In this document: positions 31,632 to 40,316 of the stretch, piece after piece | Position numbering within the stretch: position 1 is the first letter of the stretch | How the letters are laid out: each line of letters starts with the position of its first letter | Source: Bacteroidales bacterium | GTDB lineage: Bacteria > Bacteroidota > Bacteroidia > Bacteroidales > UBA932 | Reading direction: 5' to 3' | Length of the DNA: 64,000 bases | Assembly (NCBI GenBank): GCA_017438265.1 | Contig: JAFRVZ010000006.1 | Coordinates: 46,606-110,605, forward strand | The notes under the pieces: model-generated | The model's database searches: none | The model's input: the letters and a program-made list of their open reading frames with translations, nothing else | What the model was told of the DNA's origin: nothing | Program-made: the position numbers and the translations under genes

Positions 31632-32610
31632 AATTGGCCGAAAGGGGGAACAGGGCGTCGACGGCGGCTTCGGAAAGGTTTACCAGCCGGGCGATTTTCT
31701 TGTTGTCTGCCCGGTAATCAAAGTGGAGCGTACGGGCGAGATCCTGTTTATCCGCCAGAGGGAGCATCGCTGGCTTGTCCACGCCGTAGTTCTTGTGGCA
31801 TAGGGCATAGACCGTACCCGATAATTCATCATCCGTATAATACACCGTGTCTCCCAGGACTTCAGAAAGATTCTTAAAAGCCTCGATGTCCCGGGACAGT
31901 TTGTAGAAATAGTGCCTTGCGTCACGAAACATTGCTTCTCCGAACGAGATGTCGCAGAAACTGGCCGGATGGACATAACCGTCGTATATCAGGAAATGGT
32001 CCGGATAACCTTGCTTTTTCGTTTGAAGGATTTGCGCCTGTGCCCGCTTCGAGAGTTCGCCGAGTCTTTTTCCTGCCGCGTTTTTTGCCCATGGGTTGAA
32101 ATAACAAGCATTTGCCCCGAAAGGGAATGAGAAAGGCGTCTGGTCCGGATCCACCAGATAATTGTTCCGGTTCGTGTACACAATCTGGTTGCGGACGGCG
32201 TCGAGATCTTCGATGGCGACAGGCTCTCCACAATCGAATCCGGTCAGGTCCCGAATCTTGCCATGATCTGAAAAGTAGCGCTGCAGTCTTTTCCTAAACC
32301 GGCGAAAGAAATCCAGGGCTGCTTCTTTGGAGCGGGCCCGGATGATGAAATGTACATGGTTGCTCATCAACTCGAAAGTGATGATGGTAACGCCGGCATC
32401 GTGCGCGCAGGTTGCCGCCGCCGTCATGCCGAAAGCGTAATCATCCCTGCATCTGAAAATGATCGCTTGACCATTTCCTGGGGTACAGATATGCCAGAAG
32501 GTATTCCCGGCTCGAAGTGCTGCATTGAAGAGTCTCAGGCAGGCATTCTCGCGCTCGCGAAACGAATGTGCCCGCGGGGGTATCCCCGCATCAAAAGATG
32601 AAGTTTCCAT
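31612..32610 (-). mobile_element. HUH/Y1 tyrosine transposase, REP-associated (RAYT/IS200-like), with C-terminal HTH-like extension
   Basis: FWHICT, IIFRCRDDY, FELMSNHVHFII (HUH), IVYTNRN (catalytic Tyr helix, YxxxN); C-terminal KKIARLVNL; start ATG 32610; flanked by palindromes. Confidence 0.8.
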
Positions 32611-32628
32611 AGTTATAAGTTTTATTCC

Positions 32629-32645
32629 GCGGACACCGTGTCCGC
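32629..32645. repeat. 17-bp palindrome upstream of the Y1 transposase
   Basis: GCGGACAC-C-GTGTCCGC, 18 bp before the transposase ATG. Confidence 0.75.
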
Positions 32646-32806
32646 AAGTCTCCCCAAAGTTCCGAAATATTCCGCAATCCCGCAATCCCATTCTGCTAGG
32701 ATAACGCCATACTATTTACTATCGATTCATTCAATAAAATTGCTATATTTGTGATATATAAGGCGTTTTGTGCCGCTGATCTCGTTGTTTTATAGCTGCT
32801 AGTCAG

Positions 32807-35494
32807 ATGCCTCAAATAAAGCAGATCTTTTTTTTGAAAGACCAATCCGGTGCTTTCAAACTTCGTGATGATATTAGGTCCTTTGGCTTTGATGAGCGCC
32901 GCGGGCGCTATTATGTGCAGTTTAATAAGGGAGATAACTATCTGTATTATAATGTTTCCAATGTGGATGTTGCGGTATTCTCCGAACAGTTGGAACCTCC
33001 TTTTCGCGTTATTCGTAACAATGATGGCGAAGTATTCTTCCATGTTCTTGGTGTGCGTGTTTTTGAAGGGCGAGAGAACAAGGCATACCGGATTATCTTT
33101 GAGAACGGCATGGGGAAGAACTACCCGGCCGATTATATTTCCATTGAGGAACACATTGACGACCAACGTTCCATCAATGTCTGGGAGTACTTGAATGAAG
33201 TCGCAAAGTACAATGTTATACCGGTCGATGATGACAAGACGGTAAGTTTGTCCGACAAATACGCGAGGATGGAATTTGTGGCAAAGAATTCCCTTTTGGA
33301 GGCCTATCTGAACGTTGATGCATATGGGAACACAGTTGGACCTAAGAGCGCCCCGATTTTCCCTTTTGGCTGCAATAGGAGCCAGTACAAGGCTGTAAGA
33401 AGCGCTCTTGAGAACACGGTTAGCGTCATTCAAGGGCCTCCTGGCACAGGAAAAACGCAGACCATCCTCAATATTCTGGCTAATTTGCTCCTGGACGGAA
33501 AAACAATGGAGATTGTCTCGAATAACAACTCGGCTGTTGAAAATATCAAGGAGAAGTTAGAGGCCGCGGGACTCGGTTTTATTTGTGCACAACTGGGACG
33601 AGCTAGTAATAAGAAGGACTTTGTTGATGGACAGACTGGTACCTTTCCCGAGATGGAGTCATGGAAACTGGAAAATGTCGAGCAGATCCGTCAAAACGCC
33701 GTCGCTCTATCACAAGAATTGCAAGAACTATATGAATGTCAAGAGAAGTTGGCCCTTTGTGCGGAGAGATTGACCGAATATAAACGTCAAGTTGAGAGAT
33801 TCCCAAAGAAATACGAATCAAAGAAGCAATGGCCGGTCTGTAAACTCGAGAAATACTTTCTCCTCGTATGCAGAGAAATGGAACGGAAGCAACGTCTTTC
33901 CTGGTGGACACGATTCAGGCTCCATTACCATCGGCTTCCATTCACGGACGAGGCTCCGGATGAACTCCAATACCTTCTTGTTTCTACCAGAATTAAAGGA
34001 CTTGAAGAGCAATGTAGGCAATACCGAGAGTTTGTGAAAGGAGTTGATGACAAGAATGAACAATTACGAGATATTTCGTTGCAAATTCTGAAAGACCATC
34101 TGTGCCGACGATACAATGCTAAAAAAGAACGTGCCGTCTTTTCAACCGATGAGATTTATTTAAGGACACGAGAGTTCTTGCAGGAATACCCAGTGGTCCT
34201 CAGTACTACATTTTCAGCCACATCTAATGTCAATCCGGCCTACAAGTTTGACTACTTGATAATGGACGAGGCTTCTCAGGTGGACATAGCTGCCGGCGCT
34301 TTGGCATTGAGTTGTGCAAGGAATACTGTTATCGTGGGCGACTTAAAGCAGTTGCCAAATGTCGTAGACCATCATACGGAAGAAGTCGTCAGCGCAATCT
34401 TTGCCAAATACAGCATTGCAGAGGCCTATTGATATTCTACAAATAGTTTCTTGTCGTCTCTCTGTACCCTTTATCCTCGCATTCCCCAGACGCTTTTGCG
34501 GGAGCATTATCGTTGTGACCCTCTTATCATTGGATTCTGTAGCAAGCAGTTCTACAATGGTGAATTGATCCCGATGAAAAAGAGTGAAGGCGAGTTTACA
34601 CCTGTTCGTGTAGTCAGGACGGTGAAAGGAAACCACGCAAGAGGCACAGTCAATTTCCGCCAGGTTGAAACCATAACAAAGGAGATTATCCCTGCACTCG
34701 AGGAACGATTCACGGACATTGGCATCATAGCTCCATACAACAATCAAGTGAACGCACTACATGAAGCACTGGAGACAATGGGCCGATGCTATGCTATTGC
34801 TACTGTTCATAAATTCCAAGGTCGTGAGGATGATGCTATAGTCCTTTCCACAGTGGATAATCAGGTCAAGGAGTTCACTGATGATCCTCACCTGCTGAAT
34901 GTTGCCGTATCAAGGGCAAGGAGGCAGTTTACATTGGTCGTCTCTGCCGATGAGCAACCTGACTCTAATATTCGTGACCTGATAGACTATATAGAGTATT
35001 ATCAAGGAAAGAGTGTAGAAAGCGAAATATCATCCATTTTCGACTTTCTCTACGATGACTATACCCAAGACCTCCTGAACTTCTATAAGACACACAAGAG
35101 GGTCTCTGTATATGATTCTGAGAACCTTACGTACTGGGCTATCCGCGATACGATCAAGGAGCAGGGATATGCGCATCTAGGCATTCTGATGCACTATCCT
35201 ATGAGGCATTTGGTTACAGAAGCTTCGCCATTATCTAAAGAGCAGCGTACCTATGCCTCTCATCCGTGGACTCATGTAGACTTCTTGATCTTTGATAAAG
35301 TCACTCACAAAGCGAAAATGGCTATAGAAGTGGATGGAACGCAATATCATAAAAGCGGTACTGAGCAAAGTCGGCGTGATATAATGAAGGATTCTATTCT
35401 TGCATCCATCAATCTTCCTCTCTTAAGATTAAGGACCGATGGTTCGCAAGAGAGAGAAGTGATAAGGCGAGTGCTGGAAAACGCTATTCATTAA
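32807..35494 (+). pseudogene. SF1B (DNA2/NAM7/Upf1-like) helicase with C-terminal DUF2726-type nuclease domain, interrupted by in-frame TGA at 34430-34432
   Basis: Both track ORFs share one frame (EAY*YSTNSFLSS). The first has QGPPGTGKT, MDEASQ, VGDLKQL; the second has LREHYRC, IIAPYNNQ, TVHKFQGRE, NVAVSRAR and HVDFLI...IEVDG...RRD..KD. GC is much lower than in the flanks. Confidence 0.8.
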
Positions 35495-35509
35495 GATTAA
35501 CTATACATT

Positions 35510-35541
35510 CCGGGAGCGTTTTGGGGCGATTTTGCGCCCGG
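35510..35541. repeat. Single degenerate REP-like unit
   Basis: CCGGGAGCGTTTTGGGGCGATTTTGCGCCCGG, 29/32 identical to the unit at 31549-31580 and in the same orientation, at the right edge of the low-GC block. Confidence 0.82.
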
Positions 35542-35567
35542 GAGCGGTGGGGTACCGGAAGGGGGAG

Positions 35568-36017
35568 TTATGAAAGGAGTTCCTTGACGACGCCGGAGAT
35601 GGTGCGGCCGTCGGACTGGCCGGCGAGGGCCTTGTTCGCGGCGCCCATGACCTTGCCCATGTCCTTGATGGAGGTCGCGCCGACCTGGGCGATGATTTCC
35701 TGCACTTTGGCGCGGACTTCCTCGACGGAGAGCTGTTTCGGGAGGTATTTCTCCAGGACGGCGGCTTCGGCGAGCTCATTGTCGGCGAGTTCCTGGCGGC
35801 CGGCGGCGACGAACTGCTCCGCGGATTCCCGGCGCTGCTTGACGAGTTTCTGGATCATCTTGAGGATGTCCCCGTCCGTGACTTCCTTCGACCCGCCTTC
35901 GCTGGTCTTGAAGAGGAGGATTTCGCCCTTGATGGCGCGGGTCGCGTTCATCGCCACCTTGTCTTTGGCCTTCATGGCCTCCTTGATGGCTTCCTGGATG
36001 GTTTGTTCGAGTGTCAT
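35568..36017 (-). CDS. GatB/YqeY domain protein
   Basis: KEAMKAKD, KQRRESAEQF, YLPKQLS, DMGKVMG. Confidence 0.92.
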   Translation of the reverse strand: MTLEQTIQEAIKEAMKAKDKVAMNATRAIKGEILLFKTSEGGSKEVTDGDILKMIQKLVKQRRESAEQFVAAGRQELADNELAEAAVLEKYLPKQLSVEEVRAKVQEIIAQVGATSIKDMGKVMGAANKALAGQSDGRTISGVVKELLS

Positions 36018-36083
36018 ATCAATAGTTTTAGTGCGTAAATTTACGAAATTCTGCCTATCTTAGTATCGGTTAAAAGCTGATTC

Positions 36084-36509
36084 ATGGCAAAGATTTACGT
36101 AGCCTCCAGCTGGAGGAACAAGTATTACCCGGAAGTGGTCTCGCGCCTGAGGGCAGAAGGCCACGAAGTCTATGATTTCCGGAATCCGCCCCACGGCGGA
36201 GCCGGGTTCCACTGGACGGACGTGGATGAGAACGCCCCGGACTGGACTTTCCCCGAATATGCAGCCGGGCTGCACCATCCGCTGGCGGAGCGGCAGTTCG
36301 CCGCTGACATGGAGGCCCTGGAATGGGCCGACACCTGCGTCCTCGTCCTTCCCTCCGGGCGGAGCGCCCATACCGAGGCCGGCTGGATGGCCGGCGCCGG
36401 CCGGCGCGTTGTCGCCTATATCCCGGAAATGGTCGAGCCAGAACTGATGTACAAACTCTTCGATGCGGTCGTCGGAAGCCTGGACGACCTGGTCGGAGCC
36501 CTTCGTTAG
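36084..36509 (+). CDS. Hypothetical protein, nucleoside 2-deoxyribosyltransferase-like fold
   Basis: KIYVASSWRN, VYDFRNP, DMEALEWAD.CVLVLPSGRSAHTEAGW, resembling the NDT/DNPH1 pattern with a conserved Glu. Confidence 0.7.
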   Translation: MAKIYVASSWRNKYYPEVVSRLRAEGHEVYDFRNPPHGGAGFHWTDVDENAPDWTFPEYAAGLHHPLAERQFAADMEALEWADTCVLVLPSGRSAHTEAGWMAGAGRRVVAYIPEMVEPELMYKLFDAVVGSLDDLVGALR

Positions 36510-36513
36510 CGCC

Positions 36514-37008
36514 ATGAGGGATTTCGCCGCCATCGACTTCGAGACCGCCAACGAGCAGCGCTGCAGCGTCTGCAGCGTCGGCGTGGTCGTCGTGCGCGGC
36601 GGTGAAATCGTCGACTCTTTTTACAGCCTGATCCATCCCGAGCCGGAATACTACCAGTGGTTCTGCCGCCAGGTCCACGGCCTCGGCCCGGAGGATACGG
36701 AAGACGCTCCGGTATTTCCATATGTCTGGGAGCAGATCGCCCCGTTGGTCGAAGGGCTCCCGCTCGTGGCCCACAATGCCTGTTTCGACGAAGGCTGCCT
36801 GAAGGAAGTCTTCCGCGTCTACCGGATGGACTATCCCGACTATCAGTTCTTCGACACGCTGGCCGCTTCCCGCCGTCATTTCGGCGGGAGCCTGCCAAAC
36901 CACAAACTCGACACGGTCGCCGCGGCCTGTGGATTCGACCTGACCCGTCACCACCACGCCCTCGCCGATGCCGAGGCGTGCGCCCACATCGCATTGAAAA
37001 TACTATAG
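36514..37008 (+). CDS. DEDDh 3'-5' exonuclease (DnaQ-like)
   Basis: AIDFETAN, VAHNACFD, HHHALADA. Confidence 0.92.
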   Translation: MRDFAAIDFETANEQRCSVCSVGVVVVRGGEIVDSFYSLIHPEPEYYQWFCRQVHGLGPEDTEDAPVFPYVWEQIAPLVEGLPLVAHNACFDEGCLKEVFRVYRMDYPDYQFFDTLAASRRHFGGSLPNHKLDTVAAACGFDLTRHHHALADAEACAHIALKIL

Positions 37009-37012
37009 CACC

Positions 37013-37384
37013 ATGGCGAACAAAACCGGAATGAAGGAAACAAAGAAATCGCCGGCAGGCGGAGGCAAGGCGCTGGTCGCGCGGGTGCGGGCGATGGAGG
37101 AGCGGTATGATGCCGCCAGCCGCGCGCTGGGTGGATTGGAGGAGGTTCTGGATGGGTATGAGCAGGTGGCGGAGGATTTGGCTGCGCTGCGGGATTATTT
37201 GGAATCGGGGCGGTGGAGGAAGGATTTCGAGGCGGATGAAGCCGGGAGGATCCCGGCGGGGGTGAAGCGGGGCGTGCTGTCGGAGGATGGGCTCTATGAG
37301 TTGCTGGAGGAGGCGGACCGCATGCGGGAAAGGTTGAAAGAATTGCTGCAGGATGGAAAGGATCCAGTATACGGGAACGAATGA
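37013..37384 (+). CDS. DUF4298 family protein
   Basis: LRDYLESGRWRKDFEADEAGRIP..VKRGVLSEDGLYELL signature. Confidence 0.8.
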   Translation: MANKTGMKETKKSPAGGGKALVARVRAMEERYDAASRALGGLEEVLDGYEQVAEDLAALRDYLESGRWRKDFEADEAGRIPAGVKRGVLSEDGLYELLEEADRMRERLKELLQDGKDPVYGNE

Positions 37385-37568
37385 AGATGCGGTGAGGCGG
37401 TTCTGCGGGGACAGGATCCTGGCGCCGTATTTCTGCATGGGCTTTACGATGCTGACGCTTGTGACGGACGACGGCTTCGTCTATGTGAACGAAGGCGACG
37501 TTATCGTCCGCGAGGCCGACGGCCGGTTCCGGGTGGAGCCCGCCGGTTCCGGGCGCAAAAAAGGCTGA
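37353..37568 (+). CDS. Small hypothetical protein (71 aa)
   Basis: IQYTGTN...VNEGDVIVREADGRF; overlaps the previous gene; its stop lies within a REP-like unit. Confidence 0.6.
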   Translation: MERIQYTGTNEDAVRRFCGDRILAPYFCMGFTMLTLVTDDGFVYVNEGDVIVREADGRFRVEPAGSGRKKG

Positions 37569-37632
37569 AAATGCGCCCGGGAGGCGAAAAAAAACGGGTG
37601 CCGGGCACAAAAAGGGCTCGAAATGCGCCCGG
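37549..37632. repeat. REP-like doublet, inverted relative to 31549-31631
   Basis: Units at 37549-37580 and 37601-37632. The reverse complement of the first is 30/32 identical to 31600-31631, and the spacer is also similar. Confidence 0.88.
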
Positions 37633-37666
37633 GAGACGAAAACGAATGATTAAACTAGAGAAGCAT

Positions 37667-38857
37667 ATGGGAAAATACGATTTTGACGAGGTGGTGGACC
37701 GGTGGGGGAGCGGATGCGAGAAGTATGACGGGATTGCACGCGACCTGGGGCGGACGGACCTGAAGCCGTTCTGGGTGGCCGATATGGATTTCCGGACGCC
37801 GGACTTTATCCTGGAGGCGCTGCGCCGCCGGCTGGACCACCCGGTGTTCGGGTATCCCCGCACGGCGAAGGAGTACTGGCCGATGGTGGCCGCGTGGGTG
37901 AAGCGCATCCACGGCTGGGAGGTCCCGCCGGAGGAAATGGCCTTCGTGCCTGGCATCGTGAAGGGCATCGGCTTCGTCCTGGACTGCTTCTGCCGCCCCG
38001 GCGACAAGGTCGTGATTCAGTCGCCCGTCTATCACCCGTTCCGGATTGTCCCGGAGGGGCACGCCCTCGAGGTGGTCTGGAATCCGCTGCTCCCGGTGGA
38101 AAAAGAAGGCGTCCTTCAGGGTTACAGGATGGACCTGGACGGGCTCGAGCGGCTCCTGGATGACAAGGTCAAAGTCTTGATCCTCAGCAACCCCCAGAAT
38201 CCCGCCGGCATCTGCTGGGACCCGGCGACCCTGCGCCGCCTCGCTGAAATCACCGCCCCGCGCGGCGTCATCGTCATTTCCGACGAAATCCATTCGGAAA
38301 TGGTCCTCGACGGCTCGCCGCATCACCCGTACGCTTCCGTCTCCGCGCAGGCGGCCTCGAACGCCATCACCTTCATGGCCCCCTCCAAGACCTTCAACAT
38401 CGCCGGCATCGTCTCCTCCTATGTCATCATCCGCGACCCGGCGCTCCGCAAGCGTTTCTTCGGCTTCCTCGAGGCCGACGAGATCGATTACCCGCCCATT
38501 TTCAGCGCCGTCGCCACGATGGCCGCCTATACCCCCGAAGGGGATGCCTGGCGCCGCGAAATGCTCGCTTATGTCCGTGATAACGTGGATTTTGTCGACC
38601 GGTACCTGAAGGAAAACATCCCGCAGGTCCGCTGCCTCAAACCGCAGGCCAGCTTCCTCGTCTGGCTCGACTGCCGTGCCCTCGGCCTCCCGCAGCAGGA
38701 CCTGGTCTCCCTGTTCATGGACAAGGCCCACCTCCTGCTGAACGACGGTGCTATGTTCGGCCCCGGCGGCGCGGGCTTCATGCGCCTGAACGTCGGCTGC
38801 CCCCGCTCCCTCCTCGCCGACGCCCTCGAAAGCTTACAGAAAGCGCTGGAGGGCTGA
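37667..38857 (+). CDS. patB: MalY/PatB family PLP C-S lyase
   Basis: WVADMDF, FGY, NPQNPAG, SDEIH, APSKTFNIAG, RLNVGCPR. Confidence 0.9.
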   Translation: MGKYDFDEVVDRWGSGCEKYDGIARDLGRTDLKPFWVADMDFRTPDFILEALRRRLDHPVFGYPRTAKEYWPMVAAWVKRIHGWEVPPEEMAFVPGIVKGIGFVLDCFCRPGDKVVIQSPVYHPFRIVPEGHALEVVWNPLLPVEKEGVLQGYRMDLDGLERLLDDKVKVLILSNPQNPAGICWDPATLRRLAEITAPRGVIVISDEIHSEMVLDGSPHHPYASVSAQAASNAITFMAPSKTFNIAGIVSSYVIIRDPALRKRFFGFLEADEIDYPPIFSAVATMAAYTPEGDAWRREMLAYVRDNVDFVDRYLKENIPQVRCLKPQASFLVWLDCRALGLPQQDLVSLFMDKAHLLLNDGAMFGPGGAGFMRLNVGCPRSLLADALESLQKALEG

Positions 38858-39400
38858 GAAGACGGCGTGGGTGGGGAAGCCCATGACGTTGTAGAAAGAG
38901 CCTTCGAGGCGGGTGATGGCGGCGTAGCCGATCCATTCCTGGATGCCGTAGGCGCCGGCCTTGTCGAAAGGCTTGTAGGTGTCGATGTAATAGCCTATTT
39001 CCTCGTCTGACAGTGCGCGGAAGGTGACCCGGGCCGTGTCCGAGAAGGTCTCTTCGCGGGCGGTGTCGCGGATGGTCACGCCGGTGATGACCGCGTGGGT
39101 CTTGCCCGACAGCTCGCGGAGCATCGCGAACGCCTCCGCGCGGTCGCGGGGCTTGCCGAGCACCCGCGCCCCGTCGATCACGACCGTGTCCGCCGTAATC
39201 AGGACCTCGTCGTCCGCCAGGGGGCGGTGGAAGCCGTGGGACTTGCCGCGGGAGAGGATGCAGGGAATCTCTTCGGCCGGCGTTCCGGGGGCGTAATGTT
39301 CCTCGAAGGTATTGCCGGTGTCGACGGTGAAGGGCAGGTCCAGCGCCGCAAGCAGCTCGCGCCGCCGCGGGGAATTGCTGCCCAGGATGATACGTTTCAT
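38834..39400 (-). CDS. maf: Maf nucleotide pyrophosphatase
   Basis: ILGSNSPRRRELL, TADTVV, LGKP, DKAGAYGIQ, NVMGFP. Confidence 0.93.
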   Translation of the reverse strand: MKRIILGSNSPRRRELLAALDLPFTVDTGNTFEEHYAPGTPAEEIPCILSRGKSHGFHRPLADDEVLITADTVVIDGARVLGKPRDRAEAFAMLRELSGKTHAVITGVTIRDTAREETFSDTARVTFRALSDEEIGYYIDTYKPFDKAGAYGIQEWIGYAAITRLEGSFYNVMGFPTHAVFSALQRFL

Positions 39401-39403
39401 TGC

Positions 39404-39940
39404 CTAGAAGATCTGGTCGTACTTGTCTTCGTCGAAGACCCATTGTCCCTGGGCCTTCAGGACCCGCTCGATGCTGTCGCGCACGCAGCCCCTGCCGCCC
39501 GGGAAGGGGGAGACGAAGTCCGCGGCGGCGCGGGCCTCCGGGACGGCGTCCGCCGGCGCGACGCCCAGCCCGCAGACGCGCAGCACCTGCGTGTCCGGGA
39601 TGTCGTCGCCCAGGTACATCACCTCGCGCGGCTCCAGCCCCTCGCGGGCGCAGAAATCCCGGAACACGGCGAGTTTCCCGCGGCTGCCGAGGAAGAGGTT
39701 CTCCTCCGGGATGCCGAGGTTCAGGCAGCGGAGCCGCAGGGCGCGGGTGTCACCGCCGGAAATGATGGCGACCTTGTAGCCTTTCTTCCCGGCGACGCGG
39801 ATCGCGAAGGAGTCCTTCGCGTCGAACTTGCGCAGCAGGTCCCCGTCGGCGAGCGGGATCAGGCCGCCGTCCGTGATGACGCCGTCGATGTCGAGGGCGA
39901 TGGCGCGGATGGCGCGGAGGACCTCAGGACTTGGTTCCAT
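39404..39940 (-). CDS. kdsC: KdsC-family HAD phosphatase (KDO-8-phosphate phosphatase)
   Basis: LDIDGVITDG, FDAKD, IISGG, GDDIPD, GGRGCVR. Confidence 0.85.
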   Translation of the reverse strand: MEPSPEVLRAIRAIALDIDGVITDGGLIPLADGDLLRKFDAKDSFAIRVAGKKGYKVAIISGGDTRALRLRCLNLGIPEENLFLGSRGKLAVFRDFCAREGLEPREVMYLGDDIPDTQVLRVCGLGVAPADAVPEARAAADFVSPFPGGRGCVRDSIERVLKAQGQWVFDEDKYDQIF

Positions 39941-40238
39941 TGCCGGGGTTGAAGTCGTTGATGTTGAACGTGGCGCGCGGTTCTCCGGCGAGTTCGATGC
40001 GTCCGAAGGAAGCTTCGTACTTGCTGACATTCTCCGCCAGCGCGTTCATCAGGCGCTTGGCGTGCTCCGGGGTCATGACGAGGCGGTTCGTGATCTCGGG
40101 CTTCGGGAGGCCGGGGAGCATCGTCGCGAAATCGATGATGAATTCGCTGCGGGAGTGGGTGATGATGGCGAGGTTGCTGTAGGAGCCTTTGGCGATCTCG
40201 GGCTTGAGTTCGAGGCTGATTTGTTTCTTTTCTTCCAT
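39924..40238 (-). CDS. DUF3467 family protein
   Basis: GSYSNLAIITHSRSEFIIDF, MTPEHAKRL, YEASFGRI; corresponds to the last 104 codons of the 1657-aa track ORF. Confidence 0.88.
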   Translation of the reverse strand: MEEKKQISLELKPEIAKGSYSNLAIITHSRSEFIIDFATMLPGLPKPEITNRLVMTPEHAKRLMNALAENVSKYEASFGRIELAGEPRATFNINDFNPGNGTKS

Positions 40239-40316
40239 GGCGGGGTCACTTGTAATCGCAAATTTAAGCAAAATGTCGTACATTTGCGAGATTAGTTGAA
40301 ACGTAAAACCCATTCT

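Noticed and set aside
31197-31717. Short ORFs across the sRNA/repeat region
   Set aside because: Atypical codon usage, and they translate hairpins and repeats; not credible proteins.
32696-33433. 245-aa antisense ORF within the helicase gene
   Set aside because: No recognisable motifs; fully opposite the helicase 5' region and its promoter.
34430-34500. Selenocysteine or alternative genetic code at the helicase TGA
   Set aside because: Not a redox or Cys motif position, no evident SECIS hairpin downstream, and TGA is an ordinary stop in many genes here.
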